64,000 nucleotides of DNA from a virus (taxonomy: Duplodnaviria; Caudoviricetes), in the IMG/VR virus record IMGVR_UViG_3300022654_000689. One strand, given 5' to 3'. Under the pieces are notes generated by a model. That model was not told where the DNA came from and did no database searches. It saw only the letters and a program-made list of their open reading frames with translations. Positions 9,001 through 19,246 of the stretch are shown piece by piece. Every line of letters starts with the position of its first letter. Positions within the stretch are counted from its first letter, which is position 1. The position numbers were made by a program, and so were the translations under genes.

Positions 9001-11692
9001 AGTTCATAAAGGTAATGACAAATATAAAGAAGGAACTGTAGAAATTGAATTAATGCACTCAGACAATATAGATAGTGAAAATTTTATACACCGAATTAAA
9101 ATTCAAACTGAAAAAGATATAGAAAATTTATATACAGGCGAATACCAAGTTTATATACCTAAAATTCAAAAATCTATAGATTTAAAAGAATTTAAATTAT
9201 TCGTAGAATACCCACTAGTAAATTCAACATATAGAATAGATAACTGTAATTACGTAATTAAAAGAGATTCTTTAAATCCTTCTAAATTATATATTAAATT
9301 AAAAAATTATATACTTAATAATATTGGATGCAATTTAGTTATAACTACAGTAGATGTCGACAAACAATTGTCGTATTATCTTGAAAATAACGGTGAAAAT
9401 AGTAAACCATATTATTATCTACCATTAATGAAATATGATGAAAATGGTAATTTGATGTATTATTATTGTGACGATATAAAAGCTTTTGATGTTGTAGTGA
9501 ATGGTTATACATTAATGCCTAATATCGATTATATGCTAGTTAATTATTATTTACATTCACACATGCCTTCATTTATTTTATTTAATGAAATACTTAAACC
9601 GGATACAAATGTAGAAATTATTTTTAATAATGAAGAAGTTTCTAATATAATTTCAATACCAGATAATGATACACCAAAAATTACAGTAGAAGATGGTTAC
9701 AATATGTTTATTGATGGTTGCTTTAGTATTTTTGTTGAAGGTAAAAAATTAAGAAGAGATCAATATATAATACTGGATCGACAAAATATTTATTTATTAG
9801 TAAGTAGTTATAAACGCGTATATATTAAATTTCAATATAAAGGTTATGAAAATTTATCATCTCTTGTTGAAATACTTTATGCAGCAAAAGATAAAACGAA
9901 AAATTCAAGTGAATTATATTATCAAATAACATATAACGATTATTTATCAAATATAGGAATTGAAGATGTTAAAAAAGAAGGAAAATTGTATTTAATTGAA
10001 GCTCATTCAGATAGATGTTTCAAAGATCAAAATGATGCTATATTTGATTGTAATATTGTTGACGATAAAATGTTTGATGTACATATAGATTGTGGAATAA
10101 ATTACGATCTTTCATATATAAATAATGATATAATAATAGATAGTAATGAATGTTATAATCGAAATGATTTTACTATGACCTCAATATTTACTAATGATAT
10201 TATGATAGAGCCTGAACGCAGAAATACGCCTCCTGAATTTACAGAACAACCTTCAGTAAAAGATATTAATGACGATGAGATTATGGTAGTATTTAGTATC
10301 AAAGATGCAGAATCTATTTTCTTTGATTATAAAATGTCTATAAATGAAGAAGAATTTAAGCCTATTGATAAGTATAATGTTGCAGGTAATAAAGTATTTG
10401 TATATATAAGCGGATTGAGTACTACGAGAGATCATACGGTTCAATTTTTAGTATCTGATGGTGAACTAAAAACTGAATCTGATATGATAGAAATAAACTT
10501 TAATATGAATTCCGCTATAAAATATCCAATATTTAACCAACAACCTAAACTAATAAGCTCACCTAATAAATTGGATGCTGAATTTTTTATAGATGCATTT
10601 GAACCGAATGGATATCCAATGTATTTATACATTTATATAAATGGTAGAGAATATAATTTAGGAACTTTTAGTACGGCCGTGAATGGTAATAAAATTAAAT
10701 GTGATAAATTTAAAAGTTATGGCGATTATACTGTAAATTTTAAATTGGTAAACATGTTTAATACTAAAATTTTTAAAAATTCTAGAGAACTTCATATAAA
10801 ATTAGTTAAAAATGAAAATCCTATATTAGGAAATTTTGTTATTGATAATATTAATCATAATGAAAAATATATAATTACACATGTACCTATAGCTGACGTT
10901 GATAGCGATATTAGAAATATGAAAGTTAACGTATTTTTAGATAATAATAAAGTATACAATAATTATGAGTATCTTATAGTTAAAGATATAGCATATGTTT
11001 TTGTAGATAACATAGCTCCTGGCAAACACAAAATTTATTTAGAAATAATTGACGATTATGAAAATATTGTAAAAACAGAAACTTGTAGTTTCGAATTATT
11101 TGATCTTTTCGAACCAATAGAAGATATTGGATATAATAAAGGTATTCATAATCTTGAATTGGATAAATTTGGAAATATAATATTTGAATACAGCGTTAAA
11201 GACCAAAATAATATGAGTTTAAAACATGAAATATCGTACAATAATTTTAAATTTATTGAAATAGACCCTATACGATATGATGATAATTATATATTTATGG
11301 GAAATATTGGTACTAAACTAAAAGAAATTAAAAATTTAAAAGTTAAAGTAACCAACGATGTTGGAAGTTATATTATTCTTGAATACCATGATACTATATT
11401 GCTACCGCTTAATGAACACATTAAATTTAACGGTAAACCTTATATAACTTCATTAAGTGCCAATAGAATTGAAATAGAATATTCTCCAATAAATTATGAT
11501 AATGATTTATTATACTTATATTATAGTTTAGATGATAAACCTTGGATAAGGGCTTATCCTAGATTGAAAAATAATGTAGGCGTTTATAGCTTTATCTTAG
11601 ATAACTTATCAAATGGTAAACATAGAATACGATTGAAAATAACAGATAAAATAACAACTGACATTAGCGATTATCTTGACTTTGAATTATAA
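6014..11692 (+). CDS. Large virion structural protein (baseplate/tail-associated; propeller-like N-terminus, Ig-like C-terminal repeats)
   Basis: 1892 aa; VYIDGxKL / VVVNGYTL / IFVEGKKL motifs seen in jumbo phage virion proteins; GxHxI Ig-like repeats; late operon. Confidence 0.65.
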   Translation: MSKTNNAIEAAVTPFNNFHKKSIIKDIPPLYLYKSKYDNVIYISYLDNGNCTIEIRDKDMHKIKNMQSRQLNENIIFIDETEDFLFCITENLKVYKYEKDKTYGLGMREEIDYGLNLLKMNDIYNNFFTSNDTYLILIINNNAFIINKITNKYFLYENIFNINDYTYLMVGPDKDEYVITKKSEKILIKPLHLNLDGIMEPLFIATTDNELIICCKHTNSYIDEKTFIRKLNYKYYAIVYKYNDNQETLEPYPYEIPEGYVPTCVEGFDKHAAFGLRNENISIEADQNKHLLLIVDIPNLLNNSANTEKENLKLDITRHKQYSTKFKNSNFVSVTRDNTYIYAGSENGDITIFNINDFYDTSSQYRIITKRNEDFVITQYEDYLSYIPGNTTELTYLGNSSFYINNACNGRLNFIYVDGYYLYAASKNNHDITVYIRDVKPSIVKDSDKIYTYVKDSSYMINYSATIDHDDKLIQSRYRFSLIINGKTTIIKDWSTYYYSRYKIKEKLEVNLKNLDYYNCKLLIEVEDINGVKVDSEYELDMLLDKECRLFSNKIIIPYKTIPDKDLTLKYSFYILNNDTLELIEHDEFNILSTHNTEWNVTIAEDKCKKLDADGNLIDIIIPHINTTPVNIHNFDYIEIYKPEITDNIKKKILYLTYTFEAKDENWSKRYPENDEYYIYDLSEFYKPKAIAKADGGISNIDKFNILDLSYGPGIETVQSLLFKGESGNKYEMTITNEGNIALNKVITSSENIVDNIKLCFRVNDNSKYDFGIKSPDGKIWDFDIISNSNGRHKHKYLVPYYVDNENTLRNLYGMKYKLRNDSSSEEKIITENVAKYLVGKTIYLYSSSSYTFTNGLERENLFLYKKDYDYDNIENIVKALSNPIKSSIIRDNELEKYKLTDKYDKYGEPTNNKNKIGYTMHPNGLAEETFKDHSHYFNVYIDGLKLPYKYIESDTDKRGEYSVKFEYDNTKETSFIIDSDKNKLINYDDTSYNNLVHKGNDKYKEGTVEIELMHSDNIDSENFIHRIKIQTEKDIENLYTGEYQVYIPKIQKSIDLKEFKLFVEYPLVNSTYRIDNCNYVIKRDSLNPSKLYIKLKNYILNNIGCNLVITTVDVDKQLSYYLENNGENSKPYYYLPLMKYDENGNLMYYYCDDIKAFDVVVNGYTLMPNIDYMLVNYYLHSHMPSFILFNEILKPDTNVEIIFNNEEVSNIISIPDNDTPKITVEDGYNMFIDGCFSIFVEGKKLRRDQYIILDRQNIYLLVSSYKRVYIKFQYKGYENLSSLVEILYAAKDKTKNSSELYYQITYNDYLSNIGIEDVKKEGKLYLIEAHSDRCFKDQNDAIFDCNIVDDKMFDVHIDCGINYDLSYINNDIIIDSNECYNRNDFTMTSIFTNDIMIEPERRNTPPEFTEQPSVKDINDDEIMVVFSIKDAESIFFDYKMSINEEEFKPIDKYNVAGNKVFVYISGLSTTRDHTVQFLVSDGELKTESDMIEINFNMNSAIKYPIFNQQPKLISSPNKLDAEFFIDAFEPNGYPMYLYIYINGREYNLGTFSTAVNGNKIKCDKFKSYGDYTVNFKLVNMFNTKIFKNSRELHIKLVKNENPILGNFVIDNINHNEKYIITHVPIADVDSDIRNMKVNVFLDNNKVYNNYEYLIVKDIAYVFVDNIAPGKHKIYLEIIDDYENIVKTETCSFELFDLFEPIEDIGYNKGIHNLELDKFGNIIFEYSVKDQNNMSLKHEISYNNFKFIEIDPIRYDDNYIFMGNIGTKLKEIKNLKVKVTNDVGSYIILEYHDTILLPLNEHIKFNGKPYITSLSANRIEIEYSPINYDNDLLYLYYSLDDKPWIRAYPRLKNNVGVYSFILDNLSNGKHRIRLKITDKITTDISDYLDFEL

Positions 11693-11694
11693 AT

Positions 11695-11731
11695 ATAGTA
11701 TGTTTGGGTTTTCATCCCAAACATACTATTA
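11695..11731 (+). terminator. Hairpin whose 3' arm contains a late promoter (AACA TACTAT TA, 11720-11731)
   Basis: ATAGTATGTTTGGG-7nt-CCCAAACATACTAT inverted repeat. Confidence 0.6.
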
Positions 11732-11767
11732 TAATATAATAAGATATTAAATAAAGGGGGGTTTTTA

Positions 11768-13282
11768 ATGGCGGATAGTATTTTTGATTTACCTGAAAAC
11801 CGAGACGGTAAACTTGAAAATTTAGGAATTCCTTCAAATAAAACTAGAAATAATCAAACTACGGCTGCTGATTTTGATGTATATTATGATTTATCTAAAT
11901 CCATGTATACTAAAAATGCAGTTAATAAAACTTTCGCTTATAGATCACAAAGAGATAGTTTTGAATTTCAAAATATGTTTAGCGGTCTAGTTCAATCTAT
12001 GTTATCTAAAGAAATGATGTTAAGTTTAGCTAATAACAATAAAATAGAAGAAGTAATAGAAAAAGCTCACGATCAAAATACAGATTTATTAATATGCGGT
12101 AAATTAGGTATTGAACCACCTATGATAGTTACAGCATGTGATAATATGTCTACAGCTGAAGGAGTTTTAGTAAGATTTTGTACTCCAAAAGGCGATAATT
12201 TTATTACATTTAACAGAGAATATGTTGGCGGCATTATGCGAAGTGTTGCTAAAGGCCTATATATTGATGGTGAATATATTATTAACTTTGATGGAAGATT
12301 GCGAAAATCGCCACTAATAGATGATATTTTGAATAATATGGTAAGAAAAAAAGAAATATTTGATATTAATGATAATATTTTAAATAAACATATAAAATAT
12401 ATTATGTATAAACCTGGAACTCGTTTAGATAATCATATTAAAAATATTATAACTGAAGATGATAAATTTATTCATGTAACAGAAGAAGAAAAAAAAATTT
12501 GGAATAGTAAATATTATAAACCAGCAAACGGCATTCCTAAAGAAGATTTAGAAAAAAATCTTAGTAATGAAATCGATGTTGCATATAAACATGCTTTAAC
12601 TTCTTCATTACATGTAAGTGTTCAAGATAGACGCTCATGGGACAATAAATTTGATTTGCCACCAACAGGAATTGATCAATACCATTTATCATTAAAATTA
12701 CAAGATAAAATAAATAATATGGTAATATGGAATCAACTAATAGATATTGAAGAAGGAAAAATAAAAAAAGATCTTTTACCAGATATGGATCTTGATATAG
12801 ATTTTGATAAATATCTAGAACGAGAAATATATGAAAAATTTTTAGAAGAAGAATGGAAACCACATTCAAACCCAGCTAATATAAGACATGTTTTAGATGG
12901 AGAAAGAGATGTATGGAATGGTAAATACCATAAACCTGATGATGGCATACCTGAAACTGATTTACAAAAAGAATTAGCTGATAAAATAAATAAAGCTGTT
13001 CAATCAGATTATCTTTTTAATTATTATTATAATGGTGATATTAAAATAAAAGATAAATTTTTACCTGTTGAGCTAGGTTCAATTATATCACATATCCGTA
13101 ATGAAAAAATACATTTAACTGAAATAGAAAAGGAACACGTACAACGTATAGGAGATCCATCAACTTTAAATACTACTAGCAAAACTGTAGTTAGTGCTAT
13201 AAATGAATTACTTATTACTATTAATAATTTACGTAATGAAGTAAATAAATTAAGAGCAGAATCACATCTTAAAATTAAATAA
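11768..13282 (+). CDS. Tail fibre-related structural protein
   Basis: HVxxxE(K/R)xxW(N/D)xK repeats, KPxxGIPxxDL repeats shared with 56441..59899, C-terminal IGDPSTLNTTSKTVVSAINEL module. Confidence 0.7.
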   Translation: MADSIFDLPENRDGKLENLGIPSNKTRNNQTTAADFDVYYDLSKSMYTKNAVNKTFAYRSQRDSFEFQNMFSGLVQSMLSKEMMLSLANNNKIEEVIEKAHDQNTDLLICGKLGIEPPMIVTACDNMSTAEGVLVRFCTPKGDNFITFNREYVGGIMRSVAKGLYIDGEYIINFDGRLRKSPLIDDILNNMVRKKEIFDINDNILNKHIKYIMYKPGTRLDNHIKNIITEDDKFIHVTEEEKKIWNSKYYKPANGIPKEDLEKNLSNEIDVAYKHALTSSLHVSVQDRRSWDNKFDLPPTGIDQYHLSLKLQDKINNMVIWNQLIDIEEGKIKKDLLPDMDLDIDFDKYLEREIYEKFLEEEWKPHSNPANIRHVLDGERDVWNGKYHKPDDGIPETDLQKELADKINKAVQSDYLFNYYYNGDIKIKDKFLPVELGSIISHIRNEKIHLTEIEKEHVQRIGDPSTLNTTSKTVVSAINELLITINNLRNEVNKLRAESHLKIK

Positions 13283-13306
13283 TATTTTTTTATAAAAAAA
13301 AATATT

Positions 13307-13318
13307 AACATATACATA
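13307..13318 (+). promoter_or_regulatory. Late promoter AACA-N6-TA
   Basis: AACA TATACA TA, about 40 nt upstream of 13358. Confidence 0.65.
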
Positions 13319-13357
13319 TTGAAATAAAAACTTATTAATTATTAGGAGGAACGTATT

Positions 13358-13834
13358 ATGGAAAATTCAATAGAAATATCAAGAGTAGGAGAATGTTTAT
13401 TAAACGAAGTTGCTGAAATGGAATCATATCAAAATGAATTAAAAAATAGAATGGATGAAGCTAATAAAAAAGTTCAAGATATACATAGAGCTATGGATGA
13501 AAATAGAGGTCAAGCTGAAGCAATAAAAATAAAAGCAGATCAACTAACTGAATTAGCTAATGAATTTGAAGAGGAAGATGTAAAATCTAAAATACTTGAA
13601 AAAAGAGATGCACAACTTGAAGGTCTAAATCCATTAAATGATGAATTAAAAAATTATGAAGCTAAAATATTAGAAATAGAAAATGATTTTGAATCACTAA
13701 ATAATTTATATCATACTGCAGAATATGGTAAAAATATATTACTTGCTTTTGGAGTTAAATATGGTTTTTTAATAAAAAAAGGTGAAGCTTCTGAAAACGA
13801 AGCTGATACACCTAATAATGTAGTTGAAGAATAG
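13358..13834 (+). CDS. Acidic coiled-coil protein (possible chaperone)
   Basis: 158 aa, heptad pattern, AGGAGG RBS. Confidence 0.7.
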   Translation: MENSIEISRVGECLLNEVAEMESYQNELKNRMDEANKKVQDIHRAMDENRGQAEAIKIKADQLTELANEFEEEDVKSKILEKRDAQLEGLNPLNDELKNYEAKILEIENDFESLNNLYHTAEYGKNILLAFGVKYGFLIKKGEASENEADTPNNVVEE

Positions 13835-13845
13835 TAGGTGAAAGT

Positions 13846-14253
13846 GTGGCACAAGTAACTAATTTTAATAGTAATAATACCGAAAATGGTTGGATTTATA
13901 AGTATTTTAGTGAAAAAATTAATAAAATAGAAACTGATATTGTGGAACTTATGAACACTGTTGAACAAGCTTACAGTGATATGAAAATAAGTTTAAATGA
14001 ATATCAAACATTAATTAAAAATATAAATAGTAAATGTAGTGTTGAACTTTATAATACACATGTAAGTAATAATTCATTGCATGTAAGTTCTACTGAAAAA
14101 GCTATATGGAATTCTAAGTTAGATCTAGATGAAATAAAAGAAATTTCAGTCAATATAAATGCTGAAACTGGAACTCCATATGAAATTAACATTATACCGA
14201 AAGGCGATGGTAGAGACACATATATCATCCCAATTAAATATAATGTACAATAA
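13846..14253 (+). CDS. Small fibre-related protein
   Basis: HVSSTEKAIWNSK motif shared with 11768..13282. Confidence 0.65.
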   Translation: MAQVTNFNSNNTENGWIYKYFSEKINKIETDIVELMNTVEQAYSDMKISLNEYQTLIKNINSKCSVELYNTHVSNNSLHVSSTEKAIWNSKLDLDEIKEISVNINAETGTPYEINIIPKGDGRDTYIIPIKYNVQ

Positions 14254-14256
14254 AAT

Positions 14257-14289
14257 AAGGAAGTAGAATCTGTATGATTCTACTTCCTT
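14257..14289 (+). terminator. Intrinsic terminator-like hairpin
   Basis: AAGGAAGTAGAATC-5nt-GATTCTACTTCCTT. Confidence 0.65.
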
Positions 14290-14305
14290 TCAATTTTCGT
14301 CGGAG

Positions 14306-16522
14306 GTGAAAAATTTGAATTATAATAAAATAGAAGTAACTCCAAATGACATAAATGACTATAAAACTGTAAAAATAAATTGTAATGCTGAATTTAAACC
14401 ATTAAGTAATTTTTATAACATAAAAAAAGTAATAGATAAAAATCCATTTGATATTAAGGATGAAGACAAATGGTATTATTATTTACCATCAGTTAATGAA
14501 ATTTCCTATCCAAATCATCCTCTAGAATATTTAGATAAATTTAATATATACGACGAATCAACTATTACTATAGAAGATGGCGAAAAAGTACTAATAAGAA
14601 ATATTGGACGAAGAAAACCCCCAACTCCAATAATTAAAATTTTTTGGCATGATGATCATTTGGATATTAACATTGTTAATTATAATGAAAAATATATAAC
14701 TCGTGTAATTATAGATGGAACTCTTCAAAAAAATAATAATGAAAGTAATTTATATTCTATATATAATGAAGGAACTCATATTGTTTATATTGAATATGTT
14801 GATGAAGAAACATTGGAAATGAGTTATATTACAAAAAGAATAGAATATGAGAAAAAATATAAAGTCCCAGCCCCAAATATAATGCATGAAGACAGCAAAG
14901 CTACAATATTTTATCATCCAGAATCTCAAAATAGAGAAAATTATTACAAAATTGGCAATAATGAATTTAGAGCAAAATCTTTAAAAGAAGAAATAGTGTT
15001 AAATAATAATGAAACAGTAACAGCTTACACAATTAATACGGATTTAAATGACAAACTACTATATGAAGCGTCTAATAGTTTTCCAGAAAAAATATCAGAA
15101 AAATGTACGCTTCCTAACACTGATAGTAATTGGAAAGACACATATAATGATTATAAAAAATATAATAAATTATGGAATATAGAGTACATGTCGTTACCAG
15201 AAATTAGAGAGCTAAATAAAGGTCATGAATATTTTGAAAATTATGTTAAAGTATTTAAGAATATAAGTCTAGACGATATTTCAATTAAACCTGAAATAAT
15301 CGGTCTTAATTCAAAAGATAATGTTTTTTCGTGTTTTCCTCATGTAAAGCGATATCCGGGATGTAATTATTATTCGTATCTTAATAGAGATATTTATGAA
15401 CTAGGACAACCTATTGACAATATTTATAGTCCTATACGAAAAAATATAGATCTAATAGTGGGATGTGAGTATCAGCTGCAAAATGATGGAGAAATTAGAA
15501 GATCAGAAACTAGAATCAGTGATGCAATGATAGATACAACATTTCCTGCGTATCCTAAATTGACAGAAGATATTGAAAGTATAATGGTTGAACCTTTTGA
15601 GATAGATATTATTAGAGAAAAAGATGTTAATGGAGAATATATAAATTATAAAGCTAAATTAAATAATGAAGAGTGGAACTTAGATAAAAAAGTTAAAGAT
15701 CGCTATATATTAGAAGATGGAGAATATATGTTAGATATGTTTGCATTTAAAAAGTCTAACGGAACATTTAGACATAGAAGCTCATACTTCACAATTAATA
15801 CGTTTCAACATGTACCACTTCAGCCGCTTAAAACTAAAATTGTACCTCTTAAAATAACAAATAGCCCAACTACAGGCACTGAAGGTGAATTAGTTTTAGA
15901 TTCAAATTCAGGACATTATGGAGTAGTTCGTAAAATAGATGGAGATAATAAAATTTGTTCTCCAACATGTATTTTATCTTCAGAATTGTTAAAATTAGAA
16001 GAAATGAGTAATGACATAAGCAAAATGTATTTAAATTCTAAAAATAGATTAAATACACTATTAGAGCGATACAATATTAATAGTGAAAATATGATAAATG
16101 TATTTAGCGGGGAAAATTGGGATAATATCAAAGAAAGTATTATAGACGATGAAATTACTGAAATATATACAGAGATCGGTATTTTGAAAAAAAGTTATAA
16201 TGGAATAACGTGTATAGACCAGATTGGAAAAAATAAAACTCTTTTAGGTTCGTTTATTATACCTAGAATAAAAAACTTATCTATTAAAGTGGATGAGTGT
16301 AAAAATATTCTTGAAGACGATAAAAAATCTGCATTTAGAATAGTTAGAAATTTAATACTACTAACGTTTAGTGAATTACGAGAAATTATACGTGAAAATT
16401 ATGAGTTCGGAGAAAATTTAAAAAATTATTTAGATCTATCATTTGAAGAATATAAACAAAAAGAAATTGATAAATTTAATGCTATAAAAACTGAAATAGA
16501 AAAAGGTGATTATGATGAGTGA
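14306..16522 (+). CDS. Virion structural protein, Ig/Fn3-like repeats plus coiled coil (probable start TTG at 14315)
   Basis: 738 aa; PxI-initiated beta repeats; EGELVLDSNSGH motif shared with the next gene. Confidence 0.6.
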   Translation: MKNLNYNKIEVTPNDINDYKTVKINCNAEFKPLSNFYNIKKVIDKNPFDIKDEDKWYYYLPSVNEISYPNHPLEYLDKFNIYDESTITIEDGEKVLIRNIGRRKPPTPIIKIFWHDDHLDINIVNYNEKYITRVIIDGTLQKNNNESNLYSIYNEGTHIVYIEYVDEETLEMSYITKRIEYEKKYKVPAPNIMHEDSKATIFYHPESQNRENYYKIGNNEFRAKSLKEEIVLNNNETVTAYTINTDLNDKLLYEASNSFPEKISEKCTLPNTDSNWKDTYNDYKKYNKLWNIEYMSLPEIRELNKGHEYFENYVKVFKNISLDDISIKPEIIGLNSKDNVFSCFPHVKRYPGCNYYSYLNRDIYELGQPIDNIYSPIRKNIDLIVGCEYQLQNDGEIRRSETRISDAMIDTTFPAYPKLTEDIESIMVEPFEIDIIREKDVNGEYINYKAKLNNEEWNLDKKVKDRYILEDGEYMLDMFAFKKSNGTFRHRSSYFTINTFQHVPLQPLKTKIVPLKITNSPTTGTEGELVLDSNSGHYGVVRKIDGDNKICSPTCILSSELLKLEEMSNDISKMYLNSKNRLNTLLERYNINSENMINVFSGENWDNIKESIIDDEITEIYTEIGILKKSYNGITCIDQIGKNKTLLGSFIIPRIKNLSIKVDECKNILEDDKKSAFRIVRNLILLTFSELREIIRENYEFGENLKNYLDLSFEEYKQKEIDKFNAIKTEIEKGDYDE

Positions 16523-17177
16523 TTCACATAAAGTAAGAGTTAAACATTTAACTGAAGAGAATACTCGTGAAGCCATAGAAGGTGAAATGATTATATCTCA
16601 AGTGTCTGGACACATTTCAGTAAAAGATCTATATTTTGTAAATAGTTCAACAAAAGATATAGCTGCTAGAAATAGCGCATTAAATAATTTTTATGATTAT
16701 GTAGCAACAGATATTAATCAATTAAACAAAGAAGTTATAAATTTTAATAAATCGGTTAATCGTCTTAATAATTGCGATATAAAAAGAGAAACTGATTTGA
16801 ACTTAGCAGATACAAAAGAAAAAGTAGAATCAATATATCATGATGCGTCTAATTTAGAAAAAAAGATAATAGACTATATAGAAATATATACTGAAATTGA
16901 AAAAACTGTTAAACAAATAGAATTAACATGCAGACGTTTTCAAAACATGTATCAGTATATATTACAACAAAGACATATTTTTCACGAAAATAATGATACT
17001 ATGGAATATGACTATAATATGAATATAGATGTTTATAAGAAAAATATAATAGAATTTAGAATAGAGATGTTAAAAAAATACATAGCTCTTGCAGAGGAAT
17101 ATCCAAAAGCATTAATTGAATTTGAAGGCACGGATGTATTAAAATTAAAAGATTATTTATCGGATCTAAATTTATAG
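16506..17177 (+). CDS. Virion-associated coiled-coil protein
   Basis: EGEMIISQVSGH motif paralogous to the C-terminal part of 14306..16522. Confidence 0.6.
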   Translation: MIMMSDSHKVRVKHLTEENTREAIEGEMIISQVSGHISVKDLYFVNSSTKDIAARNSALNNFYDYVATDINQLNKEVINFNKSVNRLNNCDIKRETDLNLADTKEKVESIYHDASNLEKKIIDYIEIYTEIEKTVKQIELTCRRFQNMYQYILQQRHIFHENNDTMEYDYNMNIDVYKKNIIEFRIEMLKKYIALAEEYPKALIEFEGTDVLKLKDYLSDLNL

Positions 17178-17207
17178 AATTTAAAGGAAAGGAGATGTAA
17201 TAAAACT

Positions 17208-18008
17208 ATGGGGCGATTTAAATATATTCCGCAAGAATATAATCTTAAAGATGAAAATAGTAAAGAAAAAGCTATAAAAGATTCAGATTTATGGGAAATT
17301 AATATTAAAAGAAATGGTAAAATTGTTGATAATACTTTAATGGTTTATAATGATTATAAAATTCCTTTAGATGTTACTGAAAATTTAGCTAATGATATTA
17401 AAGATATAAATGAAAAAATATATGGATTATATCAAACAATGGAACAAACAAATGATTTATTAGAATCTACATCAGACTTATATGAAATATTTGAAAATAA
17501 AGTGTTCGGAAAAGCTCTTTACGATTATGAAACTTGCAAGTTTAATAATCCTGTTATAGAACCTATGCCAAAACCTAATGGTGATAGTAAATTTAATTTA
17601 AATGAAATTAAATATCTAGACATGATAAAATCATGGCACGAATATAATAAGCATTATATATCAAAACAGTATGAATTTATAAATGATCTTTCATTTAAAA
17701 GACTTACTGAATTTACACATAAATCTGATATAGAAATTGCACAAGAAATTTCTAATAAAACAGAAAATACAAATTACGAAATTAAAGATGACGAATCGGA
17801 CGTTGAATATGAACTAAATATTATTATGGAAAATTATTCGAATGATATTAGAAAAATAGTAGCAGATGTTGATTACTGGAATGAACGCAGACGTAATTTA
17901 AAAAAAATTAAGGATAACATAATTGAAAAAGAAAATAAAATGAAAAAAGATTATATGATGAATATCACGTTATCTCATAGAGAAAATGGTGGTGATAAAA
18001 AACAATGA
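17208..18008 (+). CDS. Hypothetical coiled-coil structural protein
   Basis: 266 aa, AAGGAG RBS, overlaps the next gene (ATGA). Confidence 0.6.
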   Translation: MGRFKYIPQEYNLKDENSKEKAIKDSDLWEINIKRNGKIVDNTLMVYNDYKIPLDVTENLANDIKDINEKIYGLYQTMEQTNDLLESTSDLYEIFENKVFGKALYDYETCKFNNPVIEPMPKPNGDSKFNLNEIKYLDMIKSWHEYNKHYISKQYEFINDLSFKRLTEFTHKSDIEIAQEISNKTENTNYEIKDDESDVEYELNIIMENYSNDIRKIVADVDYWNERRRNLKKIKDNIIEKENKMKKDYMMNITLSHRENGGDKKQ

Positions 18009-19246
18009 TAATAAACCATATCGAGCTAAGTGGAAATAAAGAATTTATTGAAAAAGGACTTAAACCCGTAATGATTGTTGTACGCGATACAAACGGAAAA
18101 TCCATATTTGATTTAAATAATGAAAAAATATTAAATGGAAAACTAATGTTAGAAAGCCATTATTTTATTAAAAAAGACGGAACTATTTTAAAAGTAAGAG
18201 ACGAAGACATGTTTACCGAATTAGATCGTCCATTATTTAATAAATATGTGTTACTTATAGACATAGAAGGTGATTTCAACACAGAAACAATGGATCATAC
18301 TAGAGGAAATTCATTAGTAAAATTAGTACATACTATTAGAGAAAAATACAGTCATCTTAATAAAATAGTACCATACCATGATATATATCCTCAAAGTAAA
18401 ACACCCGGAAGCAACTTTCCAATATCATATATTAATGAATTAATTAATGATAATGATAAACATTATGTAAAAGTTAATAAAAATTCACCATCAAGTAATC
18501 CATTTTTAATTAATAAAACTGAAACCATATATAAAACTCGTAAATTATTTTTAAATTCACCATATTTATCAGGTAGTGATGTTTCTACATTAAAATATAA
18601 ATTAGCAGAATTAGGATTTGATGTAGACGTGGATACTGATGCTTATGACGAATCTTTAGTTACAGTTATAAATATACTTAGGAAAAAATTAGGTTTGCCC
18701 CAAAATGGTATAGCGACTATAGATTTAATGGAAGAGATAGATGCAATGGTGAATGCTATGAATTTAAAAGATGATACAGCAGCTTCAGTTCAGTTTACAA
18801 GAATGTTAATGCTTACAACACCATATACCAAGGGAATTGACGTAAGACAAGTTCAAATGATATTAAAAGCTAATAATTTTTATAATGGTGAAATAAGTGA
18901 TACCTATGACGTTTATACATCAGAAGCAGTAAAACTTTTTCAAGATGCAAACAATATGGATGTAAATGGTATAGTTACATTAGATGTTTGGAAAAAACTT
19001 TCCAAATTGGCTATTGTTAAATTTACAAGATTAATATATCTTACAACACCCAATATGACAGGAGATGATATATTAGCAATACAAAATAGATTACTGTCAT
19101 TGGGATACAGCAGTACAGAACTTAGTGGTATTTATGATATGCACACAGAAAGTATTATTAAAGATTTTCAAAAAAATAATAGCATTAAAACTGATGGAAA
19201 AATAACAAAAACTGTTTTCAATATATTATTTAAAATAAAAGAATAA
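18005..19246 (+). CDS. N-acetylmuramoyl-L-alanine amidase-fold protein with three peptidoglycan-binding domains
   Basis: HYFIKKDGTI, IDIEGDF, HDI..KTPG amidase_2-like motifs; three GxD(V/I)xx(L/V/I)(Q/K)xxL...G(I/K) PG_binding_1 repeats. Confidence 0.85.
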   Translation: MIINHIELSGNKEFIEKGLKPVMIVVRDTNGKSIFDLNNEKILNGKLMLESHYFIKKDGTILKVRDEDMFTELDRPLFNKYVLLIDIEGDFNTETMDHTRGNSLVKLVHTIREKYSHLNKIVPYHDIYPQSKTPGSNFPISYINELINDNDKHYVKVNKNSPSSNPFLINKTETIYKTRKLFLNSPYLSGSDVSTLKYKLAELGFDVDVDTDAYDESLVTVINILRKKLGLPQNGIATIDLMEEIDAMVNAMNLKDDTAASVQFTRMLMLTTPYTKGIDVRQVQMILKANNFYNGEISDTYDVYTSEAVKLFQDANNMDVNGIVTLDVWKKLSKLAIVKFTRLIYLTTPNMTGDDILAIQNRLLSLGYSSTELSGIYDMHTESIIKDFQKNNSIKTDGKITKTVFNILFKIKE

